The notes under the pieces: model-generated
Told to the model about the DNA's origin: nothing
Seen by the model: the letters and a program-made list of their open reading frames with translations, nothing else
Database searches by the model: none
Part shown: positions 11,321 to 23,569 of the stretch, piece after piece
Position numbering within the stretch: position 1 is the first letter of the stretch
How the letters are laid out: each line of letters opens with the position of its first letter
Translations under genes and position numbers: made by a program
Assembly: GCF_018977255.1 (NCBI RefSeq)
Contig: NW_024704807.1
Coordinates: forward strand, 248,001 to 292,590
Length of the DNA: 44,590 nucleotides
Origin: Callorhinchus milii
Lineage: Eukaryota
Reading direction: 5' to 3'

Positions 11321-12033
11321 CTTGATGTTAAGCCGCAATAATATGCGGCAGCGTCAGTGATAACGACGCTGCGTATTATTAAAGTGGTTTGTCTCTGATT
11401 CTTGTTAAGCTGTGAAGAAAAACGACCTGTGGCGAAATCTGCAGTGTTGCTTCCTCCAGCAGTATCCCTGTAGAGAATGTATTGGGGAGCGAGGCCTGGG
11501 TGATGCCTGTACCAGTACAGAGTAGCATAGGACGAGCTGGTGGTATATGAGCAGCTCAGACTCACTCTGTCTCCCTCTTGTTTGCTCAGCTCCGCCATTT
11601 GCTGTCTGACTGAATCGCCCAGCACCACATCTGCAACGAGAGGAATCAGATAAACATCAAGTACGGTGCTAGTGTAGTCATGTAGCTCAGTGATTAGTGA
11701 ACTAACCTCGAAAACGCGAGGATTTGGATTATTTTCCTTTGCAGAACAGTGCGAAACCTATTGCAAGTTTCCGTGTGGAATTGCCAACCGTGTTTCGCTC
11801 CTCTCGTTTAGGATAAGGCGTCTTATCAAATTCAAGAATTACCATTACTTACTTTCATTCCTATCATCTCAAGTCCCAACCCCAGCTATGGTGACCAGCC
11901 ATCACTGCCAAACAAAATGATCCGTCCTGCAGGAAAATAAAACCTCTATATCAACGTTACTGTGTATTGTACATTTCACCGCCTCACCTGACATAAAGCA
12001 CAATACGAGAAGGTAGTCGATGAACAGCCGCAT
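11321..12033 (-). CDS. Intact TCR alpha/delta V segment, family D copy 1 (leader 11988-12033, V exon 11321-11630)
   Basis: MRLFIDYLLVLCFMS/GTGAGG; VSLSCSY...LYWYRH...DAAAYYCGLT; consensus RSS CACAGTG (11314-11320), 23 bp, ACAAAAACC (11282-11290). Confidence 0.93.
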
Positions 12034-13237
12034 TGTCGCTCTTCTCTAAGAAGCCTTTACCCTCAATGTTTGATGATGGAAAGTGATTGTCGATGGTGAA
12101 GGGTTTGAACATCACAACCGTGACCCAACACCAGTGATTGATTGACAAGCTCACCCTGTGACCTTGTTAGGCTGTTAAATATGGGCGTTGCGCTACACTC
12201 ATTTACATGTTCATTAATTTCAAAGCCACCCCCAAACGATGTCAAATCTGCTGTGGGTAAAACTTTGTTGAGAATAAGTCATGCATTTGCTAATTCACCG
12301 TTGTGACATCAATTAACAACAATAAAATGCAGTACGTAGCGTCATTCACATTGGGAGGAAGTACCAAGTCGCTGCACAGTCAAAGTGTTTGTCCTCGAGA
12401 TTAGAGAGGGGAGAGAGTATGGCGGGTGGAGGAGGGATGATCATTAAAGACTCGGTTGAGAAGGATGGTCTTCAGACGGGCCTCGAATGAGGCAAAGGGA
12501 CACCAACGTTTTACTAGTTGTTAAAGATCCTCTTCCAACGTCAGATTCTCTGCCTCCGAACGTCAGCGACCTCCACAAACACTGCAATCAATACGCTATG
12601 AATACTAAATCTTCCAGGAGTGTCACGTGGATCTGTTAGGATATCGCTAATCGTTTCGAGTCGTTCCTAGGGATATTTATCACTCACTTAACAGTCATGG
12701 ATTGAGTTGCCAACACTGTTTTTGAAGGAATTATTATTCCAACGGAAAAGCGATTCACCGATTGATTTACACCCGGGTTGTTTACCGCTGCGAGGTAAAC
12801 AGCGGTCTGTGTTTGGAGTAAGGCAACTTGCCTAAGGTTTCACCGGGCCCGGAATTGCACCAGGGTCCTCCAGTTTGTCAGGCGATTGCTGTTCCCACTC
12901 CGCCACACGGCTCCATGTAAATTAAACAAAAGAAACATGATTTGCTTTTATTTTATTTGCAAACTGAAGTTAACTAACAGCAACTGGGCCTGTAACGCCG
13001 AACTAGTTCACTAACGGTTGTCTGCATTTACTGTGACAGATAATGTTGTGAAAGTTTAGCTGACAAGTTGATGTCAGGTGAATGTGGTTTCCTTTGAGTC
13101 TGGAGATTGAAATGTCTGCTCTCCGCAAGGCCTCAAGGCCTGACCAATTTTCCGCACACACTTCGAGAGACAGATCAACCCTATGTAAAAGTGAAGGTAG
13201 TTTTTGTCCAAGACTTGCAGTGCTGTCAATCACTGTG

Positions 13238-13550
13238 GTGAGACTCAAAGCACAGTGATAAACAGCGTTGTCAGACACCACCAGCACAGACATAGAGAAA
13301 CTGGTGGAAGAATTGGATTCCTGTAGCTGAGCAGAGAAACGATTTTCAGTTCCTGTTCCTTGGTATTGATTGTCATCCCCAGAATAGATCGCAACGAAAA
13401 ACTCTGGCTGCTTGTCTGGGTAATGTCGGTACAAGTAGAGATGGTAATACCTATCAGTAGTGGAATAAGTACACTGAAAATTCACAGTTTCTCCTTCTGT
13501 CCTAACCATCGGGGCAGTATTCTGACTAACAGAGGCCCCGTCAGAGTGAT
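13238..13550 (-). pseudogene. TCR V family E copy 1: open V exon, conserved Trp replaced by Leu, leader exon deleted
   Basis: VNFQCTY...HLYLYRH...DNAVYHCALSL; RSS CACAGTG (13231-13237), 23 bp, ACAAAAACT (13199-13207). Relative to 27560-27935, about 370 bp including the leader is missing near 13935. Confidence 0.8.
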
Positions 13551-13949
13551 CTGTAATAAACATGGAAAAGTACCACAATTTATTATTCACTCTTTCCCTG
13601 AGTAGTTTTTTCATCGCCTGGGGACGTCCTCCCAACGAGAAAGGCACTATAGAAACGCGCATTGTGAGTACTGATGCTATAATAATTTAAAATTTCATTT
13701 TAAATATCATTTGAGGTTGTCATTGATACGCATCAACGTGCTTCGCAGAAGAAATTATGAAGCGGAGTGCTCTGTATTTTTGCGGGCAAAAAGCGGCAAA
13801 CAATTATGCATAGCAGGAACCCAAAAAGAGTCGTGGAGGGTGTAACAAACTATTACTTGAAAAAAATGTAACGTATTGTTGCCCCTGAAAAAGAGATGCG
13901 CCAAAGCTCTAAAAACATTTGAGTAGAGAAATGAGAGAGAGCCACAGTC

Positions 13950-13957
13950 TCACGTCA
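13950..13957 (-). promoter_or_regulatory. CRE-like TGACGTGA promoter motif of family E V genes; also at 27947-27954 and 43955-43962
   Basis: Same GGTGACGTGAGACTGTGGCTC context about 90 bp upstream of the leader ATG in the two copies that keep a leader. Confidence 0.55.
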
Positions 13958-14614
13958 CCTCATTGGCATCTCAGCCGCGTTTCAAAAATGCCAACCAATT
14001 ACCTATATACATTGCCTTTCACCTGTCACTGGGTGTAGGGAATCCTCCCACTCAGCTCTTGTTAAGTCGGCAAGATAAAGTGCTAACGAGAAAGAAGATG
14101 ATAGCTGGACAAACAGCGGTAAAGCTTACTAGTCAGAGATGTCAATTGCAAGCTATGTAGTTTTAACTGATTGGACTCGAGTAGATAGCCATCACACACT
14201 CAGAGATCCCCAATCCTTGGCTCTTCCCACCCACCAAATAACATTCTCCGGAATTAGTGAAGCAGGATGTGTCCTTCCAGGCAGAGAGAGTGTATTCCAT
14301 TCCGAGAACCAATCTCTGACATTTCCAAGTACAGGTAGGATAAATGGAAATCTCATCTTGGTTTGGAGACTGTTAAACATGTTGAATTGTATAGGCATTT
14401 GTTGACCTCCCCAAAAGAAAACACTGAAAAATTGTGCAATGTCACCATTTTAGTTGACAAAAAGCTTTAGAATCATGACTTGGTAAATAATAGTAACTGG
14501 TCGCCCTCTAGTCGCCAGAGTGACATAGTTCAACTCTGCTTTCATATTCGATGCCAAACTTGAAGTAAAGCAATGATTGTAGTCATAATGTGTTGTGGTT
14601 CCCAGTGGCTTATA

Positions 14615-14690
14615 TCACCTGAGGCTCAGAGTACAGCAACACACCCCGCTGTCAGTCACTGTGAGGCCACAGATACAGAAATCCCTCCTC
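14615..14690 (-). pseudogene. Highly degenerate V 3'-end relic (ICGLTVTDSGVCCCTLSL); paralog near 30665-30730
   Basis: Resembles ISxLxVxDSAVYYCALSL, followed by a decayed heptamer and spacer. Confidence 0.45.
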
Positions 14691-14769
14691 TCACACAGTA
14701 AATCCTCGCCTCACTGTTATGTTGATATGTTCTGAGCCCCAAAGGGTAATTTGTCAGTGTAATAGTTCA

Positions 14770-14950
14770 CATACAATAATAATAATAATAATCCTTGCAT
14801 TTGATATAGCGCTTTTCACGTCGGGAGGACGTCCCAAAGCGCTTCACAGAACACACTGTGAAGCGAATTGACTGTATATTTGTAGGCGAACGCGGCAGCC
14901 AATTGTGCACAGTAATGTCCCACAAACAGTCGTAGATTGAAAATAACGAA
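14770..14950 (-). mobile_element. SINE 3' half with (ATT)n tail
   Basis: Near-identical reverse complement of 29760-29923 (GTGAAGCGCTTTGGGACGTCCTCCCGACGTGAAAAGCGCTATATCAAATGCAAGGATTATTATT). Confidence 0.85.
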
Positions 14951-16030
14951 TAAAGCAACTATTTCCACTGGCATTTGTACATTGTTGCTTTTGCGTACCG
15001 TTTTCCAAGCAGTAAGCAGGAACCCGGTTGTTATCCGATTGGAAAATCGCTTTCCATAGTTTGTAATAACACTAACAAGAGAGTCACTAAATCGACATCT
15101 GTTCATGAGTCAATGCTGTGCGTAATTTACTGGTGCATTTCACTCACTTAATATATATTTAATTCCCTCTATAGGATATACAGAGAATCTATTTGAGACG
15201 TCTCCAAGGCTGGACAATGCGCTTTACCAAATGCAAGAATTATCATTATCAATTGAATTGGCTTTCAACTTTGAAGGCAAACAATCTGGGATACAATGAT
15301 CAACACGTTATTATTCCTTTTAACATTATTATTATTTCCCCCCGAGAGCAATCCAGAAATCAACAAATTACAGATGCTTTCTGCTTGGTGTACAGTGTCA
15401 TGTAAACTAATGGAACTTGCTCAACGTTTCGTCCTGCCCAACAATCGAACCCAGGTCCTCTTATGTTTGAGAAGCGAGCTCTACACAATAAGCTGCAGAA
15501 CTTCACAGAGCTTCATTTCTTCAGGTGCTTTGAAAACATCCATTTTCTGGGTATTTTTTGGGATACGTCAGTGTGAAAATTGTATGCCGGCGCTATGAAA
15601 CAAATCGAAGCTGCGATAAGGCGATACATCAAATTCAAGGATTATTATTATAATTATGTCGGGCGAAGTTACAAAGTGGTACACAATGCAAAATATACTG
15701 CTGTTTGTGGAAGGGATTTGCACTTGGAGTGTCTTCTGCAACCCATCTTCTACCTTAGAGTCAAAATGCAAGAGTTTTACTTTTTTGTGTTGCATTAGCA
15801 GCTCAAAGTTATCCAATAGAATCGCGCCTGTTGTGCTCAATCCGCTGATTACTTTACCCTCTGCATTTGTAGTGACATACAATTCTGTGAACCTTCAGCA
15901 GACAGATTGACTTGCGGTGAACGCCGTTCCTGTGAGACAGACTTCCTGAAAACAGACTGGTCGGCCCCGCGCCACCTCGCACAGCTCGGAGAGTTATTGT
16001 ACGAGGCTGTTACTGTTTTCTATTACTGTG

Positions 16031-16845
16031 GGGCTGACTGCACAGTAATACACAGCTGAGTCAGACAGCTCTAACGCAGAGATGGTTAATTTGCTGGATT
16101 TTCTCGACGTCTGCAGCTCGACCGAGAAACGAGATTGAGCAAAATCCGCTTTATGTCCGTAAGAAGGTTTGCAAGTCTGAAGACTATAAACCGGTTGTCC
16201 CCCTGGGTGTTTTCGGGACCAGTGTAGACAATAGTCACTCAGCGATGTAACATAATTACTGTCCAATCCACTTGTGCCCCTTCTCTCTTGGTGACTGAAG
16301 GCACGATCTGCTTAACGGAATCTCCACCGGTCAGACCTGAAACAAATTGTAAAACAAAATTAACAATCAACAGATTTAATCAATAAATAATCCATATTTG
16401 TTATATCGCCTTATCAAATCGTCGAGACATCTCAGGGGGCTTGACAGAATACACTTTAAAGTGAGTTTAATATATTCTGCACTCTAAACGCGGCAGCCAA
16501 TTGCGCACTGTAGTATTTCAAAAACAAATCATGGATCAATTTACCATTATTTGGTTTTGAAGGCTGTATTGCCCCCAAAATGCGATCCACCTTTTTTTTA
16601 TTTGATAGACTAACATTCAGTATCCTACGCGTTGTGCGTGGAGTGAGGAAACTTGCCCAATATTTCGACCTGACGGGAATCGAACCCGGGTCTCTCGATT
16701 GCGAAGCGAAGGATTCAAACACTGAGCTACGTGACTCCACCAACAAAAGCGATGCAATCATTGTTGATCATCGACTGAAACATTGCATTCATTGATTACC
16801 TATCAGGAAAGCAGCGAGCGTCACCCAGAACGTAAAGTGCCCCAT
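16031..16845 (-). pseudogene. TCR V family A copy 2 (leader 16800-16845, V exon 16031-16336)
   Basis: 1-nt deletion in FR1 (caagtggattggacagt), Cys to Ser, WYR to WSR; RSS CACAGTA (16024-16030), 23 bp, ACAATAACT (15992-16000). Confidence 0.87.
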
Positions 16846-18197
16846 CGTCTGAGCTCTTTCTGCAGATGCCCATTGATTACCTGTAAGATATTTGAGGTGA
16901 TTGGCACCAGCCCCCGGAGAGACGACATGTACTGTCATTTACATCGTCCAATAGTTTAAGTGTAAAACTTCCAGCTAATCAGAAACTATTTCCAATCAAT
17001 TGTGTGTATTTGCTTAGAAACATATACCATAGTTTCGTGGATTGTAAGATAACAGATTGAGGCCATTCTGCCCATTATGCCTGTGCTGTGCCATCAAAGA
17101 TTATTTGACGTTACTAATTCGTTGAATGAAAATTTAAAACAAAATTGCTAACTTAATCTATGACTGTTAGTGGACCACCTCTAGCGAAATTGCCTGCTGC
17201 ATTTAGCCCACAAAATATGCAGACAATTCACTTTATAGATATTGCGTGAAGCGCTTAAAGACGCCGTGATTTCGTGATAAAACGCTGTATCGAATGTAAT
17301 CATTAATTAATTATTAAATATTTTAATATTCAATTTCTATTTTAAACTTGCCTTTCAGTTCTGACCGTGAAGATGATGTGAAAGAGTTAAGCAATTAGAT
17401 CTATTCCCCCATTATTTCCCAATAGCCCTGCATTATTTAAGTCCCTTATGTAAGTCCCTTTACAATTCCCTTTTGAAAGCTTCTATCGAATCTGGTTCCA
17501 ACACACTTTCAGTGCATTCAGTGCATTCTGAAGAGTAACATGTCTCCGAGTTTAAAAATGCCGCCTCAGCTCTCCTCCAGATATTTTGCCAATTATCTTC
17601 AATCTGCAAAATAAATTCAGGAGCTGTACACGTAAAATATGTAAACGAAGTGTGACACGGGATATCCGTTAAGAGGTTGGACTGAAAGCCAATACACTTT
17701 TAAATAATGTTTCAATCATAAAACATTAATGCCAACAAAACAGGTCCCTGAAGTCTGTACAGTTAACCTTCACTGACTCCAATGACCTGAAACTATGTGG
17801 CCAAAGGTGCAAAGATATTGAGAAAGTGGGAAATCTCAGATTGTTACGCATGATATAATGTGAAGGGTCGTGACTTAAGCTTTAAGTCAACTCACAATCA
17901 ATTCACGTCAGAGGGTATCCTGTATAGTGCTTTGAGAAGCCTGGAACACCTGATAAGACGCTATAATAAATGTAAGGATAATTATTATTTATTTAACTCT
18001 TTCTCTACACGAAACACTCCATCACATTTTGCTTTTGGTTGGCAATTAGTCACGAGTTTCCTATGAGAGACACAGCGGCAAAGTCACAAACTCTCAAGTA
18101 GGTCAACTGTCAGGAAAAACATCTGTGCTGAGATGAAACCCTTTCTCTCCTCTTTGGAGGATTTGGTACAGTGGTGTAGTCTGACAGTAACACTGTG

Positions 18198-18470
18198 AGT
18201 GTGTTATTGCAGGGTAATGGTTGGTGGTAGATAGAGCCACGGGGAACATAGACACATTGGATCTCTTCCTCCTCGTGTCCAGATTTGACGTGAAAATTTG
18301 AGTTGCAACTTCAGCACAGAAAGTGTCCCCATCATAAACATATCTCCGCGTGTACAGATGAGGCTCCCCTGGATACTGACTCTATCAGAACATTAAAACA
18401 TTGTTGAGATCAGCAGATTAGGTGCAGCTCAGGGTTACAGTCTGACCTTCAGTAACAGACACTTCCATTG
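18198..18470 (-). pseudogene. TCR V family B copy 2, 5'-truncated
   Basis: Homology to the V at 28280; stop codon and indels; RSS CACAGTG (18191-18197), 23 bp, degenerate nonamer (18159-18167); acceptor and leader missing. Confidence 0.8.
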
Positions 18471-19419
18471 TGATTCGAAATAAATGATTATCGAGAACTT
18501 ATCTGCTGTTAGCTACCACATAATAATCATCGCATTTGATGGAGTCATTGTGTGTTTTCTGCAGGAGCGCACAGCAGTGTCCCACGAATAGTCGTGTATT
18601 GAGGGACCAAACTATTTCTATTTAACCTATAAGGGAAAACCTCTCTGATAAAGGCAAGGATTAATCAGTAATAATACCAACTTGTTTAATGCATGAGTTA
18701 CTGTCTCGGAGAATGATCCGATAATCGACTAACAAAGGGTTCGTACTCACAGCTAACAAAGCAGAAGTGTTTGTGGATTGAGGACACTTGCCCAACATTT
18801 CTCCAAGCCTGGGATTCGATCCCAGGTCCTCTCGCTTGCGAATCGAGTTATCTAACCACTGAGACACTGGACTCCACTGACAGTAAAATATCACATCACG
18901 AATTCTCATTGTATATATATTTTTAATTATTGACACTTGGTTCATACTACTATTTTACTGACCATAATCCTACAGAATTTTTAATCACCTCTCTCACTCT
19001 GAAATAGAAACTGTTGGTTGCGACGATTTTACTACGAAATACAATGAAATTTACATCGTAATCTCTGAAGTGCTTTTTGACGTCTCAACGAAGTGATACG
19101 CCACAACATCAAACACAAGGACGATAACATTTTATTAGGTTTTTATTACCGTAATTATGAACATCTGTAACTCAATAATTATCCGAATTCCGACAAAGGT
19201 TTATCGCAATCTAATATCTGTTGGTGAAAAAAAACTATTCAGCGAGTAAAATATCACATATTTTAAATGAATTAATATGAGCTCAATCACTTAAAAGCCA
19301 CGGTGGCAGTTGTGAAAGGGTCTGTTACACTGTCTGTCACAAACTGTACTGTGTTGTTTTCCAGCTTTGGTTGTGATGAAGGTTATTGTACGAGGCTTCC
19401 TATGATGTGTATCACTGTG

Positions 19420-19721
19420 GTGCAGACTGAGTGCACAGTGGTACATAGCGGAGTCTGTCAGCCGCAGGTCGGCGATGGTTAAAACGCTGATATTCTTGGC
19501 AGTGTCAAGAGAAGCAGAAATATGACCTCCAGTGGGGTTTCCTCCCTCTCCTGAGGGGTTTCTGTGGAGCAGGTATTTTAGGCCCTCGCCAGGGGACTGT
19601 CGGTACCAGGAGACGCTGAAGTCCTGTCCGCAGATTCCTGAATATTTGCAATGTAAATTTATCCTCTCACCAGCAAAAGCAGTTTGTTCAGGCGGTGACT
19701 GAGAAGCTGTAAAACTTGAAG
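19420..19721 (-). CDS. Leaderless supporting TCRdelta V exon of NAR-TCR cassette 2
   Basis: Acceptor ttccgcag/CT; NLHCKYSGICGQDFSVSWYRQ...DSAMYHCALSL; RSS CACAGTG (19413-19419), 23 bp, ACAATAACC (19381-19389). Confidence 0.9.
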
Positions 19722-22037
19722 CTGCGGAATGCAAATTGCAGGTTACTTAGAATCATGGAATTATGGAAATTTGCAGCACAGAAGGAGGACATTCGGCCCT
19801 TCTTGTCTGTAACGACTCTTTGAAATGAGCTGTTTAATTGAATCCCACTCCCCCGCTCTTGTCACATAACCCTGTATCATTCCTTCTGATGCATTTACCC
19901 CATTCCCTTCCGAAATGTATTATCGAATCTGATTCCGCCATTTTTCAAGCAGTGCATTGCAGTCAGTAGCAAATATCATCTGAAATAAAATTCTCCTCCA
20001 CTCCCCTCTGATCGTTTGATCAATTATCTTAAACTTGTGTTTCTGGGTACTGACCCACTTGAGTAAGGAATCAGTTTCTCATTCTCTACTCCATAAAAAA
20101 AGCTCTCACAAGTTTCAAAACTGACATTATTTCACCAGTAAATCTTCGATGCTCTGAGGAGAACATTTTCTGGCAGTTTTGCCTTCATACACATGAATCC
20201 TCTCTTCCCCCCAGAAATCATTCTGGAAAATTTCCTTTTCTCCCTGCCCAATGCTTGGAAATTCTTTATCCTAAATGTGAGGATGCTTTTAGTAACAATG
20301 ATAGAAATAGCAGATGCTTGCATTAAAATAGCGAGCTCTTGAAAATGCAGTCACAATATGTCTATGACAACATACATGATGTGTATTAAATGGATCATTT
20401 TAATTAACCTTTGTTTGTCTAATCTTATACTTGTTTGCTGTGGTGAAGTCCACATTGAGGCTTTGGGTGTCTGCGATCATGGGAATGTTTAGCAGAGAAT
20501 CAGGTGTTTGTTTATGCCGTTAACTCAGTGGGTTTACAGTTGAGGCAAATGGAAATTTACAGTCCTGCTGTAAATGTCGTTTCTTTAACATCGCTGCTGG
20601 AGAAGGTTTAGTCTCTGGATTGTTGCCAATATCAGTTGCTCTCAGTCAGTGAACATCTCAATTCAGTTTCTCTTGTGCCAGATGGAAATTCCCTTTTGTC
20701 TGTCCCTCTCTTTCTCCCTTTCTTTCTAACTTTTTGTTATTTTCATCTTTTTTTCTTTCGGTCGTTTCTTCCATGGAATTTCTTTCTTTTAGGAGTCGCC
20801 TCAATGCACTTGTGTGTGAAGTTACGTGCAATCTGTCTGTCTTTCTCTTTCTTTGCCTGTCCCTTGACATAATGCCGGGCATTCAGGATTTCTGCCACCA
20901 CAGTGTCTCCCAATCCCTGAGTCTCAACCCATCCCGTGCCTCTTTCAAGGGCCTGACTCACCTTACCCTCCAACTCACTTGATTGCAACCTGCAAGCTCG
21001 GATGTGCAGCGCATTGAGTCTGATACAATTATTTCAAATAAGGATAAGAGTACTGTGTTGGTCACTCAAACCATTAGTTTTTGTGGGACACTGCAGTGTG
21101 CAGTTGGCTACCACTTTTAGCCCACAAAATATACAGTCAAATTACTTAGCAGGATTTTTTGTGAAGAACTTGGAGTCGTGTCAATTACGTGATAAGGCGC
21201 TGTATCAAACGCAAGGATCATTATTATCAAAGGCCCTGAGAAATGCAGCACGATGTTCCTGCTTTATTTTCCTTTTATTCATTATACGTTTTTATTTTTC
21301 TGTCATTGTCTGTTCTTTCTTTCTACCGCTCTCTTATTCTCTTTGTTACCTACCTTGTTGTCTCCTAGTTTATCAGGCTATCAGTCTGCTTATTTAGTGT
21401 GAATCTTTCTGTACACGATATTGGAATAATCAGTTCTAACTTATGTTTAACATCTTTCAAGACATGAAAGTGACCAAAAGCTCTTCACTGATTATATTAC
21501 ATAAGCTACGTGATGGTGACTGAAGGCCACATCAATACACCACATGACAAGCTTTGCACTTGAGCATTAGCTCAAGGTCGACTTGTTCAATATCCCGTTG
21601 TGTGCTCTGAACACATAACATTTAAACTCTGAATGCAGTGTCAGCAACTTAACAGCCAAAGCCTCCAAAACCCTGTTTGTTACGCAGTATAAATTGTCGT
21701 TACAATATTTTATTGTTATTTAATGTGACTTTATTGAAGAAAAATTATATTCCTTTCTACCAGATTTTACACAAAGGAAAACATTTGCATCAATGGATAT
21801 TTGTTTGCCTTTGGTGTATAATGATACCGGGTTCCGCTGTTATAAGCGGTGCCCGGGAATACTGCAGAGCCGTCTGGCTCAGAAACTGGAATATAGACTG
21901 TCGCACTGAGTGGACATAACCCTACATCCTGTGGCCAAACATGTCACCTTGGTTCTTGCAATGAATCCCATTAATGCATTACAAAAATTCACAGCAATTG
22001 GTTTTTTTAAATTCATTTTCAAATTGTTCTCACTTAC

Positions 22038-22388
22038 TTTTTGTTACAGTTACTGCGGTTCCTGTTCCATCTTTAGTTTTCTCTCTTTTCCCCACAGCGC
22101 AGCGATTTGCATCATATCGAGCTCTACAGTAATATTTTCCGCTGTCTTGAACTTCCAAGTCATTGATTTCTAGAGAAAATGAAGCCGAACCCCTATCTGC
22201 TTTTACAACATATCGACCATCTACTGGGATCGACACCAACTGTGTCCCTTTTCCAATCTGTCTGGAAAATTCCATACTCTTGAAATTCACACCAGATGCG
22301 GCTTCAAATACACATCGAATGGATACGGATCCGCATTCTTCTCTCGTAAGAGAGTTTGGTGTCTGCTTTACTGAGACACCGGCACCAT
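22038..22388 (-). CDS. Germline pre-joined NAR-type V(D)J exon, leaderless, no RSS
   Basis: Acceptor atatttcag/AT; 351-nt open exon GAGVSVKQTPNSLTREECGSVSIRC...YYCRARYDANRCAVGKREKTKDGTGTAVTVTK followed by phase-1 donor GTAAGT at 22037. Confidence 0.92.
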
Positions 22389-23513
22389 CTGAAATATATA
22401 CACAACATTTTAAAAAATCATTAACATTCTCTGCCCCTAACCTAAGTGAATCCCAAGATTGGCTTGAAATGGTTTGATATTTCACATTGTAAATGTGATA
22501 GTTAGAGCTTCCGGACGCCCTCCAGGTGAGAAAGGCACTATGTAAACGCCATTTATAGTTGTTAACTCCAGGATAACAGTACAATTTAAATCTGCACTTT
22601 TTAACTAATTATTTATTAAAGAGGCACAATTCGTAACCTGGTTACTATTCGCTTGCTGCCTTTAGTCCTCTCTTTGTATGTTGGGTAACAAAGGATATAG
22701 TTGTATTTTAATGGGCAAGGCTATGGGGATAGGCCGTGATTGTTCTGCTCTTCCAAATTGTCCGAATCACCCCATTTTGTGCTGTAATATTCAATGATTC
22801 AATGATTTCATTCTGCTAAACAAGGTATCCGAAATAGGCCGGAAGCCATCACGAAGCTTAACAGTACCGAAACTAAAATAAGGTTCCTGTGCCTTTCTAA
22901 CAATATGCCCCTAGAATTTACACTATTCCCCCCCATGGGAAACATGCTGCAAAGCTTGTCTTTGAAAATAATCTCTTGCAAACTATGCCACTGCTGGTCC
23001 AGCTTGGAAAAACGTACAAAACATTGTCACTTTTCCTTGCAGGGTTAATGGGAGCGGAGTGGTAAGAGACTATATCCCCAGTTACTGGACTGCTCTCCCA
23101 AATCATGTAACCTTGGAGCCAATTCAGTTCCGAGGAGTTCACCTTTTTACTCCGCTCGGGTGGATAGAGGGGATTCTGGACAGTATTTCTCTCTGGCAGA
23201 GGCTACGTGAATTGGTTACATCCATTAAATTGAAATACGTCCTCTGGGCATATTCAGCTGGAAATGATGTCCAGGCAAAGTGGGTGACTTTACATAACAC
23301 GGAAATAAAAGCAGTTAATTTGAGAAGCAAGCTTCACAGTGGAAGCTGAATAATGTTTGCTACATTACAAACATTTTTTGTTTAAGATTGCTCAAGTGTA
23401 TTGTTAAGTGGCACAGTGGCATACAATTGGGAGCAATGAGTTCGAAAAATGCATTTTACATATTATTGTGAATAAAATTTAATTGCAATTCGATAGCATT
23501 TTTTCTCACTCAC

Positions 23514-23569
23514 ATTTCGTTACAGTCACTTTGGTTCCTGATCCATCTTCTGTGTATTCATCATAATAC
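23514..23569 (-). CDS. NAR-TCR J segment 2 (YYDEYTEDGSGTKVTVTK)
   Basis: RSS AGATTTTGC (23600-23608), 23 bp, GACTGTG (23570-23576); donor GTGAGT at 23513. Confidence 0.92.

Noticed and set aside
22480-22495. TTACAAT/GTGAAA resembling the end of the NAR leader exon, upstream of the joined exon
   Set aside because: In-frame TAA four codons upstream, no hydrophobic leader, and the nearest ATG hits a stop; a SINE tail follows. At most a dead relic, not a usable leader.
22389-22584. ORF-track extension MYCYPGV... upstream of the joined exon
   Set aside because: Intron and SINE sequence that happens to be open; no signal peptide; a clear acceptor sits at 22389-22390.
23059-23349. 96-aa plus-strand ORF in the intron downstream of J2
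   Set aside because: Homologous intron DNA at 5700-5900 and 37150-37400 does not keep this frame or sequence.
23412-23418. Isolated CACAGTG heptamers (also near 20899)
   Set aside because: No nonamer at 12 or 23 bp spacing.
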